A program made the position numbers and the translations under genes. A stretch of DNA of 64,000 nucleotides, from IMG/VR virus record IMGVR_UViG_3300029286_001003. One strand, given 5' to 3'. Positions within the stretch are counted from its first letter, which is position 1, and each line of letters starts with the position of its first letter. The notes beneath the pieces were generated by a model, which worked only from the letters and a program-made list of their open reading frames with translations, did not search any database and had not been told where the DNA came from. The stretch is from an uncultured virus (IMG/VR IMGVR_UViG_3300029286_001003) (Duplodnaviria > Heunggongvirae > Uroviricota > Caudoviricetes). Shown piece by piece: positions 53,116 through 62,844 of this stretch.

Positions 53116-54048
53116 TTATGAAGATAATCTGTCGAATTCCATTCTGGCCTTTTTAACATTCCAAAATAGTTCTTTAACTTCTTTATTTCTGGGTTCTTTT
53201 AATTTTATATGTATGTAATTTTTAATTCCATTGTGAGTAAATAATGTTTCTCCTATTTTATCCACATTAGCAGATTCTATATATTCCTTTAATTTTTTAG
53301 AGAATTTTGAATATATATCTTTTAACAATTTACAATTTCTATCATTCATAAAAATAAATGTATTAAATTCATCAACCAATGGTATGATTTGTTTACCAAT
53401 ATATTCTTTTTTAATGAAAGAATCATCTCTTTCAGCTAAAATATAATTAGTCCACAATTCACTTAATTTGGATAAGAAATTAATTAATTCCTGTCCTTTA
53501 GGTGATATTTTCCCATTATCTACTGTTTTTTTCTTAAATTCATCGAAATTACCATTATGCTCAATAAACGACAATGCAGGTATTTCATAATCTTCTTCAC
53601 CAACATTTGAACCACGAATATTTATATTTAAGTTCGGATCACCACCATAATCCAAATACTTTTTTATTGCTTCAAATTGTTCCTTAAATTCACCTTTTAA
53701 ATCCCATACATAATGATTTCCCCAAGTACATATTGATACATATTTTTCCCTTGGTACTTTATATTTATCATAAAAAACATCATATAAAACTTCATAACCT
53801 ATTCTGTGTTCATCGTTCATGTTTATTGGTATTATATGATTAGAATCAAGTGATATTAAAACATATCTAATTCCCAATGCACTTTCTTTGTATTGATCAT
53901 ATAAAACAAATGGTTGAAAATATTTAGTTGATTTCCAATTTTTTGTATTGGACATGTCACCATCAATTATATAATATTTCCTGATTTGTTCAGGAATTTC
54001 AAATTTCTGGATTTGTGTTTGTTCAAATAATTTTAAAGTTTTTATCAT
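53116..54048 (-). CDS. Hypothetical protein with capsid-targeting-like tag
   Basis: MIKTLKLFE. Confidence 0.6.
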   Translation of the reverse strand: MIKTLKLFEQTQIQKFEIPEQIRKYYIIDGDMSNTKNWKSTKYFQPFVLYDQYKESALGIRYVLISLDSNHIIPINMNDEHRIGYEVLYDVFYDKYKVPREKYVSICTWGNHYVWDLKGEFKEQFEAIKKYLDYGGDPNLNINIRGSNVGEEDYEIPALSFIEHNGNFDEFKKKTVDNGKISPKGQELINFLSKLSELWTNYILAERDDSFIKKEYIGKQIIPLVDEFNTFIFMNDRNCKLLKDIYSKFSKKLKEYIESANVDKIGETLFTHNGIKNYIHIKLKEPRNKEVKELFWNVKKARMEFDRLSS

Positions 54049-54524
54049 TTTATTACATTGAAATTTGTTAATTTTTTAAAGATACCAAAATATGGATCTT
54101 TATCGGATTTTTGTATTGTGGCACCTAGAATAACTTTTGTACCTTTTGGTAAAATATTATCAAGTTCCTTTTTTAAAAAAGTAACGAATGAATATGAATT
54201 ATCTGGTGAAATTGGATTTGTTTTTAAGAACTCTTTTTTGAAATAATCCATCTTCCAATGATTAAATTCACTAGTCACATCTTTTGAAAATTTCCCCCAT
54301 AATTTCCAACCATCCTTATGTTGTAAAAGCATTTTCATTTCATAATTTGTTATTGTTACAGAAGAATATCTTGATATAGATCCTTCATAAGAATCCATTT
54401 TCACTGAAAGAATTTCAAATTCATCTTCAACTTTCCCTAATCTAGTGTAATTTTCTGGTTTTATATTTAAACCAATAAAATTGAAATTTTCATTGATAAT
54501 AAATTCTTGGAGGGTAGTTATCAT
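54045..54524 (-). CDS. Hypothetical protein with capsid-targeting-like tag
   Basis: True start MITTLQEFIINE at 54524, after a TTTATATATA motif. Confidence 0.6.
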   Translation of the reverse strand: MITTLQEFIINENFNFIGLNIKPENYTRLGKVEDEFEILSVKMDSYEGSISRYSSVTITNYEMKMLLQHKDGWKLWGKFSKDVTSEFNHWKMDYFKKEFLKTNPISPDNSYSFVTFLKKELDNILPKGTKVILGATIQKSDKDPYFGIFKKLTNFNVIK

Positions 54525-54607
54525 AGTGTTATTTTTTATTGTTATATATAAATTTGAAAAAACAAAGTTACGATGTTTTTGGTTATAAAAAAAATCATAA
54601 TCCGGTT

Positions 54608-55099
54608 TCAATCCAATGTTCCAATTTCTATTTTTATATTTGGTATTAATTTATTTAGTTTTTCAAATTTTTTAAATATATATTCATTCAATTCAATAAT
54701 TTCTTGTGGTGTATATTCACCCACACGAAACCCACCCATCTCCCATTTCAATTTATCATAATTCGCAACCTTAATGTCAATTATATATTTTTTTATTCCA
54801 CTTATCTTATCATCTTTTCTAATCGTTAAAATTCTTTCTTCAGCTTCACGTTTATAAAACAAATTTCCACTATAAAGATAAGATTCAAACTTAAATTTAT
54901 TACTCATTTTATCACCATCGAATATAATTAAAATTGGTCTATCAGCATAATTTAATCTTTTATTTCTGGAAAATGAAATATATCCTGTCCCTGACCACAT
55001 AGTATCTTCTTTTAAAATATCTTCTAAAGAACTAAAATGAGTCCAATGATACAAAATACCAACTTGTTTAGCTTCAAATATTTTATAACGTGTTATCAT
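54608..55099 (-). CDS. DarT-like ADP-ribosyltransferase-fold protein, tagged
   Basis: MITRYKIFE; LYHWT..SL..IL; ISFSR; EAEERI; KKYIIDI. Confidence 0.6.
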   Translation of the reverse strand: MITRYKIFEAKQVGILYHWTHFSSLEDILKEDTMWSGTGYISFSRNKRLNYADRPILIIFDGDKMSNKFKFESYLYSGNLFYKREAEERILTIRKDDKISGIKKYIIDIKVANYDKLKWEMGGFRVGEYTPQEIIELNEYIFKKFEKLNKLIPNIKIEIGTLD

Positions 55100-55688
55100 A
55101 GTCTATTCCATCGATAATTTTTTCATATAAATTTTCCGTAAATTTATTAAAATTGATATTTCCAAATCTATATGATTCCGGAATTTCTTCGTTTAAATAT
55201 TCACACAAACTTTCAAATTTATATTTATATTCATCCTCACCCATTTCATTTTTTACTTCCAATCTAAAATTTTTCAATGTTGGAATTTCCACTTTTAATA
55301 TGTATTTGGATATTTCCTTTAATTCGTTTTTAACAACAACACATTCTTCAGCTTCTTCATTAATATAATCAAAATAATTAACCGGATATATTTTATAATG
55401 ATGTGATAATTTATTTCCATCTATTGTTATTCTACAAGATACCGGATGATCCATAAATGTGGTTGCATTTATATGAAAATTTTTGTTTCTAGTAAAAGAA
55501 ATATACATCCAGTTTGATTTATCTTGTAAATTATATGAATTCATAAGATTATCATAAGATTCAACTTCTCTATTTGTTATTAGAACATCATCTTGTAATA
55601 TAGAATATAAACTAACTAAATTAGTAAAATGATACAAAATACCAACTTGTTTAGCTTCAAATAATTTAAATTCAGTTAACATCATCAA
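55083..55688 (-). CDS. DarT-like ADP-ribosyltransferase-fold protein, tagged
   Basis: MLTEFKLFE; LYHFTNL.SL.SIL; ISFTR; EAEECV; SKYILKV. Confidence 0.6.
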   Translation of the reverse strand: MMMLTEFKLFEAKQVGILYHFTNLVSLYSILQDDVLITNREVESYDNLMNSYNLQDKSNWMYISFTRNKNFHINATTFMDHPVSCRITIDGNKLSHHYKIYPVNYFDYINEEAEECVVVKNELKEISKYILKVEIPTLKNFRLEVKNEMGEDEYKYKFESLCEYLNEEIPESYRFGNINFNKFTENLYEKIIDGIDYDNTL

Positions 55689-56299
55689 GCGTAAAATATT
55701 TTATTTTTTATATCTGATATATCTATTTTTTCACCATTAAATTCTATTGATTTTATATTTAATTGTGTATTTTTAAATAAACGAATTTCTTTTTCTTCTG
55801 AATAATATGGGTGTATATTCATATAAATGGTAATACCCCAATCTATATATTTTTCATTAATTTCAGATTCAATAGTCACTTCGTTTTTTTTATCTAACCC
55901 CCAATATGTATCAGTACTTTCAATATCCCAACTCCAATATATACCTAACCTTTTACCTTGTGTTTTAAGATGATTTAACCAGTTATCATCAACTGTCATT
56001 TTTCTGTATATTTTTATTTTGTTATTATTTATTAAATCTGTAATATTATTATAAAAATCATCAAAATTATTTTCTAATTCGTTTTTAATCCTTTCTTTAA
56101 ATTCTTCACTATTTTCAATTTCAGATTTATTATTATCATCCAATTTGTTTTCTTCAATGAAATATTCCAACACTCGATCATACCAATCATCTTTTTTAAT
56201 TTTTTTTAAAAACTCATCATTTAAAATATCATCAATTGATAAATCAAAAAAGGATGATTCATTTAAAGTGGATTCAAATAATTCGAATTTAGTTAGCAT
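55685..56299 (-). CDS. Putative R-S-E type ADP-ribosyltransferase-fold protein, tagged
   Basis: MLTKFELFE; IYRKM...IYWSWD...EEKEIRL. Confidence 0.5.
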   Translation of the reverse strand: MLTKFELFESTLNESSFFDLSIDDILNDEFLKKIKKDDWYDRVLEYFIEENKLDDNNKSEIENSEEFKERIKNELENNFDDFYNNITDLINNNKIKIYRKMTVDDNWLNHLKTQGKRLGIYWSWDIESTDTYWGLDKKNEVTIESEINEKYIDWGITIYMNIHPYYSEEKEIRLFKNTQLNIKSIEFNGEKIDISDIKNKIFYA

Positions 56300-57968
56300 A
56301 TTCCGGTTCTTTTTTCTTTACTTGTTCACCAATATTTATAAGATACTTTTTATATTCACCCTTATCATCCTTTAATGGTATTAAATTATTTTCATCAAAA
56401 AATTTCAGAGTTTTTTCTTCACCTAATAATTTTTCTGTAACAGACCATATAAATCTTATTTTTACTTCATTATCTTCTGCTAATTTTCTAACCTTTGGAT
56501 AAATTTGTTTGAATTTTTCTTCTGATATATTATTTTGAATAAATAAAACCCAATTACCATTATCCACATACATCCAACAACTTCTATGTCCAATATCATC
56601 ACCAATATAATCTTTTTCTGTTATTTCTTTGTAAATCAATTTATTTCTTAAATCTACAAATTTATATTCATTGTCATTAATTGATTTAATTAATTCTATT
56701 GCTTTATCTTCATTGTACAAATTAAAAATAGTGTTAATTACATCTTTAATAGTTACTCCGTAACCATTTCCATTTTGATATGCTGAATCATAAATTTTAT
56801 TTCTAACATCTTCTTTTAAATGTGTCCATTTTAAAAAATATATTTGTTTTGAATTACAATCTAATAAAACATATCTATCATAATTTTTGTAAACAAATCC
56901 AAAAATTTTAGAATAATTTACTAATTTTGTATTTGTTTTTTTAGATACACCTCTTTTCATATCAATTAAATCTTTAACATTTGTTACTTTATATTTAATC
57001 ATTTCATCAGAAAGAAGTTTCAAAATTTCATAATTTATTTCTGATTTACTACTTGATTTACCAAGTCCATGTACATCCGAATTTGTGACATGAAGGAATT
57101 CTCTATCTTCCCATTCATCTTTTTGTTGAATACTCCATATTAATGATTTTATTTCATCTTCTGTCACATTTTTTAATTTTTCAGCTCCCAATTTTATAAA
57201 TTTGTCATAATATTTTTGAATTTCTTTCCTTAAATATTCTTTATCATTTATATTTTTATCACCCATTAATAAAATAGTTATGACTTTATTTAATAAACGA
57301 AAATCTAATTGACCAAAATATTTATCACTCACACCCCAATCTTCATCTGGTTCATAAGATGGATTATAATTATAAATTGATACCCATTTTTTACCAATGT
57401 TAAAATCTTTTATTGATTCAAATATTCTAATCTTTTTAAGTAACGGTGTGTTGAATTTTTTTATTTCGACAATATATTGTTTTAAAGAATTGATCCAAGT
57501 GGTTGAGTAAAATGGACCATCTTTTTCTATAATTGGTACTAATATATCAATCCATTTAATATATTTATTTAAATTTGTCATATATGGTTCATTACTAAAA
57601 ATTCTATCTTCATATTCATCTGAATCGGATCTTCTTTTAGCGGAATGTCCCGGACCTAATTCATCTTTACTTAAATCCCACTGCCAATAATCTATTGATT
57701 TTCCTTTATATTTTGTTTTTAATTGTTTACCATCAAATTCAATAGTAACATTAGAATTTTTTAAATATCCTAATTTAAGATTCTTGGTTCTACTTAATGA
57801 TAAGAAATATGGTTTTTTACTATAAACATCAGCACCAGTTCCCATTGATGTACTTAATAATATTTTTTCAGTTTTAATAATATTTAACAAGGAACTAATA
57901 TATGTTCTATGAAATACAACATCTGTTATATTGCCTTCATTCAAAAAATTTTCAAATTTTATTATCAT
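56289..57968 (-). CDS. Tagged protein with N-terminal DarT-like ART domain and long C-terminal extension
   Basis: MIIKFENFLNE; VFHRT..SLL.II; LSLSR; FDGK.L; EYEDRI; NKYIKWI. Confidence 0.6.
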   Translation of the reverse strand: MIIKFENFLNEGNITDVVFHRTYISSLLNIIKTEKILLSTSMGTGADVYSKKPYFLSLSRTKNLKLGYLKNSNVTIEFDGKQLKTKYKGKSIDYWQWDLSKDELGPGHSAKRRSDSDEYEDRIFSNEPYMTNLNKYIKWIDILVPIIEKDGPFYSTTWINSLKQYIVEIKKFNTPLLKKIRIFESIKDFNIGKKWVSIYNYNPSYEPDEDWGVSDKYFGQLDFRLLNKVITILLMGDKNINDKEYLRKEIQKYYDKFIKLGAEKLKNVTEDEIKSLIWSIQQKDEWEDREFLHVTNSDVHGLGKSSSKSEINYEILKLLSDEMIKYKVTNVKDLIDMKRGVSKKTNTKLVNYSKIFGFVYKNYDRYVLLDCNSKQIYFLKWTHLKEDVRNKIYDSAYQNGNGYGVTIKDVINTIFNLYNEDKAIELIKSINDNEYKFVDLRNKLIYKEITEKDYIGDDIGHRSCWMYVDNGNWVLFIQNNISEEKFKQIYPKVRKLAEDNEVKIRFIWSVTEKLLGEEKTLKFFDENNLIPLKDDKGEYKKYLINIGEQVKKKEPEYAN

Positions 57969-57972
57969 AAAT

Positions 57973-58569
57973 TTATATATTTTTAGGTTTACCTATAAGT
58001 ATTTTCGCTTTAGGTTTACCACCCAACATTCTTACATACCAAGAATCACCAAATGCATTTTCATCATATGGGTTTTTCCCTTTCCAATCTACTTTTCTTC
58101 CTAATACCTTTTCTACATCTTCCTGATTATCAACAATAGGGCAATGATATTTTCGAATTAAAATATCTGCTAGTTTTTCAGATACTTCAGCATAATAACC
58201 CAATGTTTTTAATTTATCACTTTGTTCATCAATATAAGTTTTTTTAGCATCCATAGTACCATCGTGACCCACACCCGAAAATTTTATACCATAATGAGTT
58301 TTTTTACCAAATATAATAATATCAAAATCTTGTGTGTTATGAATATCAATACCCTCCCAGAATTTCCAATCTGGATCTGAAAATATATCTTTTGGTTCTC
58401 TTATTTTAGAATGACCACCAATTTCGTGATATGCGGTAGATATTAATCCAAAAAATTCATTTGATAATTCAGGATATTTTTTCATATCAAAAACAACCGG
58501 AACACCCCTTTCTGGTTTAAAGACATCACCAGAAATTTCATTTAAAAAATTCTCAAATTTCGTTATCAT
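57973..58569 (-). CDS. Hypothetical protein with capsid-targeting-like tag
   Basis: MITKFENFLNE; TTAATATATA at ~58576-58585 heads the array. Confidence 0.65.
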   Translation of the reverse strand: MITKFENFLNEISGDVFKPERGVPVVFDMKKYPELSNEFFGLISTAYHEIGGHSKIREPKDIFSDPDWKFWEGIDIHNTQDFDIIIFGKKTHYGIKFSGVGHDGTMDAKKTYIDEQSDKLKTLGYYAEVSEKLADILIRKYHCPIVDNQEDVEKVLGRKVDWKGKNPYDENAFGDSWYVRMLGGKPKAKILIGKPKNI

Positions 58570-58669
58570 AAAGTTTATATATTAATTTTTTATCTAACAT
58601 TTTTTATTTAAACAAATCTGGTTTATCAATATATAAGTGTTATAAATCTTAAAAAATAATTGCCTATGA

Positions 58670-61600
58670 ATGATAAAAACAGTTGTTAATGCTGGTGATA
58701 TTCACATACCAAAAAAATTAGAAAGACACTCAGAATACAGACAAGTATTTGAAAATTTTTATAAAAAATCAAAAGAACAAAAACCAGATAGAATAGTCCT
58801 AACAGGTGATATATATAATGATTTTATAGATTTAGAAAATGAATCATTAATTCTAGTTGGTGAATTTTTAACTACATTATCAACTATTTCTAAAGTTATA
58901 ATCATTAAAGGAAATCATGATGTTCGTAAAAAGAATAAAAATCGTATTGATACTATTGAAACAGCGGTTACTCTTTTAAATAATCAAAATATTACTTATT
59001 ATAAACAATCCGGTTTCTATCCAGATGAAAATGTTGTTTGGGTGGTATGGGATTATCTTGATAAAATTAACCCTTGGAAAAATTATCCAACAAAAAAAGA
59101 TCCGAATTTAACATATATAGATCTTTACCACAATCCAGTTTTGGATGTTAAATTGTGTAATGGATATAATTATCAAAAAAAGAATGTCCCTGATATTAAG
59201 GATTTAAAAGGTGATATTAGTATGTTATCTGATATTCACTTACATCAAAGTTTTGTTAAAGGTACAAAAGCTTACACATCTTCAATGATACAACAAAATT
59301 TTGGTGAATCACCATCATCAAAAGAACATGGTTATTTACTTTGGGATATACCAAATAAATCATTTGAATTTATACACTTATCAAATGATTTCGCTTTGGT
59401 GAATTTTGAACTTAGTTCACCATCTGATTATGATACTTTAAATTTATCCAGCCCTTATGTTGTTAATAAAAATAAATTCAGAGTTATTTGGACTGATTTC
59501 GCATCAAATATCAATCGTGAAAATGAATTAAAAGTAAAAAGGTATTTAAAGGATAAATATGGTGTTGATGATATTCGGTTTCAAAAATATCCATATCACA
59601 CAAAAATTGAAGATTCAAAATTGATATCAGAAGTAATAAATATAAATGATAAACAAGTTCAACAAGATGTTATTAGGGAATATTTAACGATTAATCAATA
59701 TGATGATGAATTTATAGAACAAATAATTAAAATTGACGATATTATTGATGGTAGATTAGAAATTTCCGAAGTTACAAATACAGTTTGGGATATTGATAAA
59801 ATTTGGTTTAATAATTTCAAATCTTATGGTGATGATAACGTTCTGGATCTAAAAATGGATGGAATCATTCAGATAAACGGAATTAATCAATATGGTAAAA
59901 CAACTATACTGGATGCTATTTGTTATATCTTATATGGAAAAACAATTGCAACTAAAGGAAAGCCACCAAAGTTTGGTGATAGTCGTTATATAAATAATAA
60001 AAGAGATCTGAATTTTTGTGATGGTGGTGTTATTTTGGATATTAACGGGGAAAAATATTTGGTTTATAGAAGAACAGATAGAAAATTAAATGCAAATGGT
60101 GAAATCACAAGTTGTCCCACAATAGTTGATTATTATACTGGTGAAGAAATGGTTGAAGAAAATAAATTAACTGGTGAAACTGGTAGAAAGACAACTAAAA
60201 TGATAAGTGATGTATTAGGTGATTTTGATGATTTTATTCGTTTAGCTTTAACTAATGGTGATAATTTAAATCAATTATTATCAATGATCAGATCTGAATT
60301 TATTGATAGTGTAGTTAAAGACGCTGGTTATGAAATCTTCGATAAAAAATTAGAAGAATTTAAAGTCTATAAAAAAGAACAAAACTTTGAAAAAATTGTA
60401 CTTAATCCACTTTCAGTTGAAGAATCTATTAAAGAAAATGAAAATAAAGTAGATGAATTAATTGATCAAGAATCAAATATAAATGATAGTATTACTGGAA
60501 TTGATGATAAAATTACAAAAGGTTTATCTATTCAGGAAAAACTGACATTGAAAATTCATAAAATTGATGATGACATTATAAATTTAAATGTTGATAGGGT
60601 GAATTATGATATTGAAACCGATAAGAAAAAATTATCCGAAAATGGTGAAATTATTAATGAATATAAAACAATAATCGATAATTTACCAAATGAATTTGAT
60701 TATAGAAGATTTAATGAAGAAATGGATAATAAATCAAAATTCGAAAAAGATTCTTACAAGAAAGAAATAGAAATCGTTGAATGGGAAAGAAAAATGGACG
60801 AAAACAATTTCAAGATTGATAACGTTGATATTGAAATTGATATGGTAAAGAAAAAAGCTATAAATGATAAGAAAAATCAAATTGATGAATTAACAAATTT
60901 CATAAATAACGATGAAAATAAAATCAGTAGGATCACCAATGAAAAAGAAAGGGATATTGATAAAACTATAACAAAGTTATATAATGAAATTGGTAAATTG
61001 GATAATGAACTCAACCAACTTAAACAAAATGGTATAAAATTCACAACCGAATTAAAATCGTATCAATCAGTGAATGATGGTGAAAAATCAAATTGTCCTA
61101 CATGTGGTCAATCATTATCAAATTGTGATGAAGATCATTTGGGTAAATTGATTCTTGAAAAACAACAAGAATTGAAAACTGTAACTGATGAAGCTAAACC
61201 CAGATTAACCAGAAAAAAGGAAATTCAATCAGAAATAGAATCTTTGGATGAATCAAAAAAATTCATCAATGAATCGATTGAAGTTAAATTGATATTGGAA
61301 AATATTAAAAATGTAAATGAACAAATAAAGAAAATTGAAGTAGAAATATCAAATTTTGATTTATCGGAAATAAAAGACGATGTTGATATTATCACTAAAA
61401 ATAAAAATAAAGCGGAATCAGAAAATAAAGAATTACAAAATAAAATTGAAAACAATACTATATTAGTAAAAAAATTAAAATCAGACATCGATAAACTAGA
61501 AAAGACAATAACTGAAAAAAATATTATCAAAAAGGGTTTAGAAAAAAGAAAAGATTATATTATTAAGATGAATAATCTTTCATCAACAAATAATGATTTG

Positions 61601-62317
61601 GAAAAAGTAATTCAAAAAAATGAAGGTTTAATAAAAGAATATAATAAAAATCTAAAAAGGATTGAAGAAAATAAAGATACTAATAATAAAATTGAACAAT
61701 CAAAAGTTATTATAAAACAATTGAACGATAACAAAAACGAATTTATAAACCAAAAAATTGTTATAAATAATTCAATAACATTATATAAGAAAACTATTGG
61801 TGATTTAAAAGAAAGAATTAAAAAATATGAAGAACAACTTCGTAGAGAAGAAATATGGAACACTTATATTTCTATTATGAGTAGAACGGGGATTCCGACA
61901 TTTCTTTTAAGAAAAAATACTGATTTTTTAAATGGTGAACTTTCAACTTTATTATCAAATACAAATTTCAATATGTTCTTTGATGATGATTTAAATTATA
62001 AATTGGAACATAATGGATTACCTGGGATACAGAATGCAATCGAATCATCTGGTATGGAAAGAACATTTGCCGCCATCGTTTTGAAAACAGTTTTAAGAAC
62101 AATTAATTTTAAATCAAAACCAAATTTCATATTTTTGGATGAAGTTATCAATCGTTTGATTGGTGATAGTGTTGATAAATTCATAGAATTGTTGAATAGT
62201 ATTAAAGAAAAAATAAACAAAATAGTTATTATTGAACATAATAATGAAATAATGGCTGATATGATAATTGATGTCAAAAAAGATGTTACTGGTGTATCAT
62301 CATTTGAAATAATTTAG
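58670..62317 (+). CDS. Fused Mre11-Rad50 (SbcD-SbcC; T4 gp47-gp46-like) nuclease-ATPase
   Basis: GDIH, GD, GNHD, SDIH phosphoesterase motifs; Walker A GINQYGKT; coiled coil with CPTC hook; SSGME, FLDE, IEH. Confidence 0.92.
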   Translation: MIKTVVNAGDIHIPKKLERHSEYRQVFENFYKKSKEQKPDRIVLTGDIYNDFIDLENESLILVGEFLTTLSTISKVIIIKGNHDVRKKNKNRIDTIETAVTLLNNQNITYYKQSGFYPDENVVWVVWDYLDKINPWKNYPTKKDPNLTYIDLYHNPVLDVKLCNGYNYQKKNVPDIKDLKGDISMLSDIHLHQSFVKGTKAYTSSMIQQNFGESPSSKEHGYLLWDIPNKSFEFIHLSNDFALVNFELSSPSDYDTLNLSSPYVVNKNKFRVIWTDFASNINRENELKVKRYLKDKYGVDDIRFQKYPYHTKIEDSKLISEVININDKQVQQDVIREYLTINQYDDEFIEQIIKIDDIIDGRLEISEVTNTVWDIDKIWFNNFKSYGDDNVLDLKMDGIIQINGINQYGKTTILDAICYILYGKTIATKGKPPKFGDSRYINNKRDLNFCDGGVILDINGEKYLVYRRTDRKLNANGEITSCPTIVDYYTGEEMVEENKLTGETGRKTTKMISDVLGDFDDFIRLALTNGDNLNQLLSMIRSEFIDSVVKDAGYEIFDKKLEEFKVYKKEQNFEKIVLNPLSVEESIKENENKVDELIDQESNINDSITGIDDKITKGLSIQEKLTLKIHKIDDDIINLNVDRVNYDIETDKKKLSENGEIINEYKTIIDNLPNEFDYRRFNEEMDNKSKFEKDSYKKEIEIVEWERKMDENNFKIDNVDIEIDMVKKKAINDKKNQIDELTNFINNDENKISRITNEKERDIDKTITKLYNEIGKLDNELNQLKQNGIKFTTELKSYQSVNDGEKSNCPTCGQSLSNCDEDHLGKLILEKQQELKTVTDEAKPRLTRKKEIQSEIESLDESKKFINESIEVKLILENIKNVNEQIKKIEVEISNFDLSEIKDDVDIITKNKNKAESENKELQNKIENNTILVKKLKSDIDKLEKTITEKNIIKKGLEKRKDYIIKMNNLSSTNNDLEKVIQKNEGLIKEYNKNLKRIEENKDTNNKIEQSKVIIKQLNDNKNEFINQKIVINNSITLYKKTIGDLKERIKKYEEQLRREEIWNTYISIMSRTGIPTFLLRKNTDFLNGELSTLLSNTNFNMFFDDDLNYKLEHNGLPGIQNAIESSGMERTFAAIVLKTVLRTINFKSKPNFIFLDEVINRLIGDSVDKFIELLNSIKEKINKIVIIEHNNEIMADMIIDVKKDVTGVSSFEII

Positions 62318-62365
62318 TAATGATATTTTAATATATAGTAGTGCTGAAAATTATAGAAATGGATA

Positions 62366-62842
62366 ATGAAATTAACAAATAAAGAAGATATTGAAAATAC
62401 TATTTATTCAACAATTAAAATAGATAATGATTTTTTATCAATGTCAGATGAATTGAGAACGATAGAAGAATTGTTTTATAAAGTATTTGAATTAAATCCA
62501 TGCCCAATGTCAATAAATTCTTTAAATGATGGTTATATTATTGATGTTAATCAATCATTTTTAGATATAATCGATGTTAAAAATAAAAAGGATATTTTAG
62601 GTAAAATAACAACAGAAGAAGGTTTAAATATTATTAAACATAAAGATAAAAAATATGTTATTGATTACATCAAAAAAAATGGTTTAATTAAAAATTATTT
62701 AACAACTTTTAAAACTTTAAAAGGTAAAAAAATTAAGGGTTTATTTTCAGCTTCTATTATAACCTTAAATAAAAAAGAATGTTTATTAACAATTTGTCAA
62801 ATAGTTAATAGGATATGTTTAACTGATATATTGTTTAGATAA
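62366..62842 (+). CDS. Stand-alone PAS-domain protein
   Basis: F.KVFELNP.PMSI...DG.IIDVN.SF......K.DILGK; C-terminal PAC-like strands. Confidence 0.75.
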   Translation: MKLTNKEDIENTIYSTIKIDNDFLSMSDELRTIEELFYKVFELNPCPMSINSLNDGYIIDVNQSFLDIIDVKNKKDILGKITTEEGLNIIKHKDKKYVIDYIKKNGLIKNYLTTFKTLKGKKIKGLFSASIITLNKKECLLTICQIVNRICLTDILFR

Positions 62843-62844
62843 TT

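Noticed and set aside
6867..62277. Short antisense or nested ORFs in the track (e.g. 6867, 8467, 11052, 22635, 26854, 28565, 41065, 47425, 51685, 55153, 61225, 61996)
   Set aside because: Shadows of real genes with biased F/I/S/L composition and no signals
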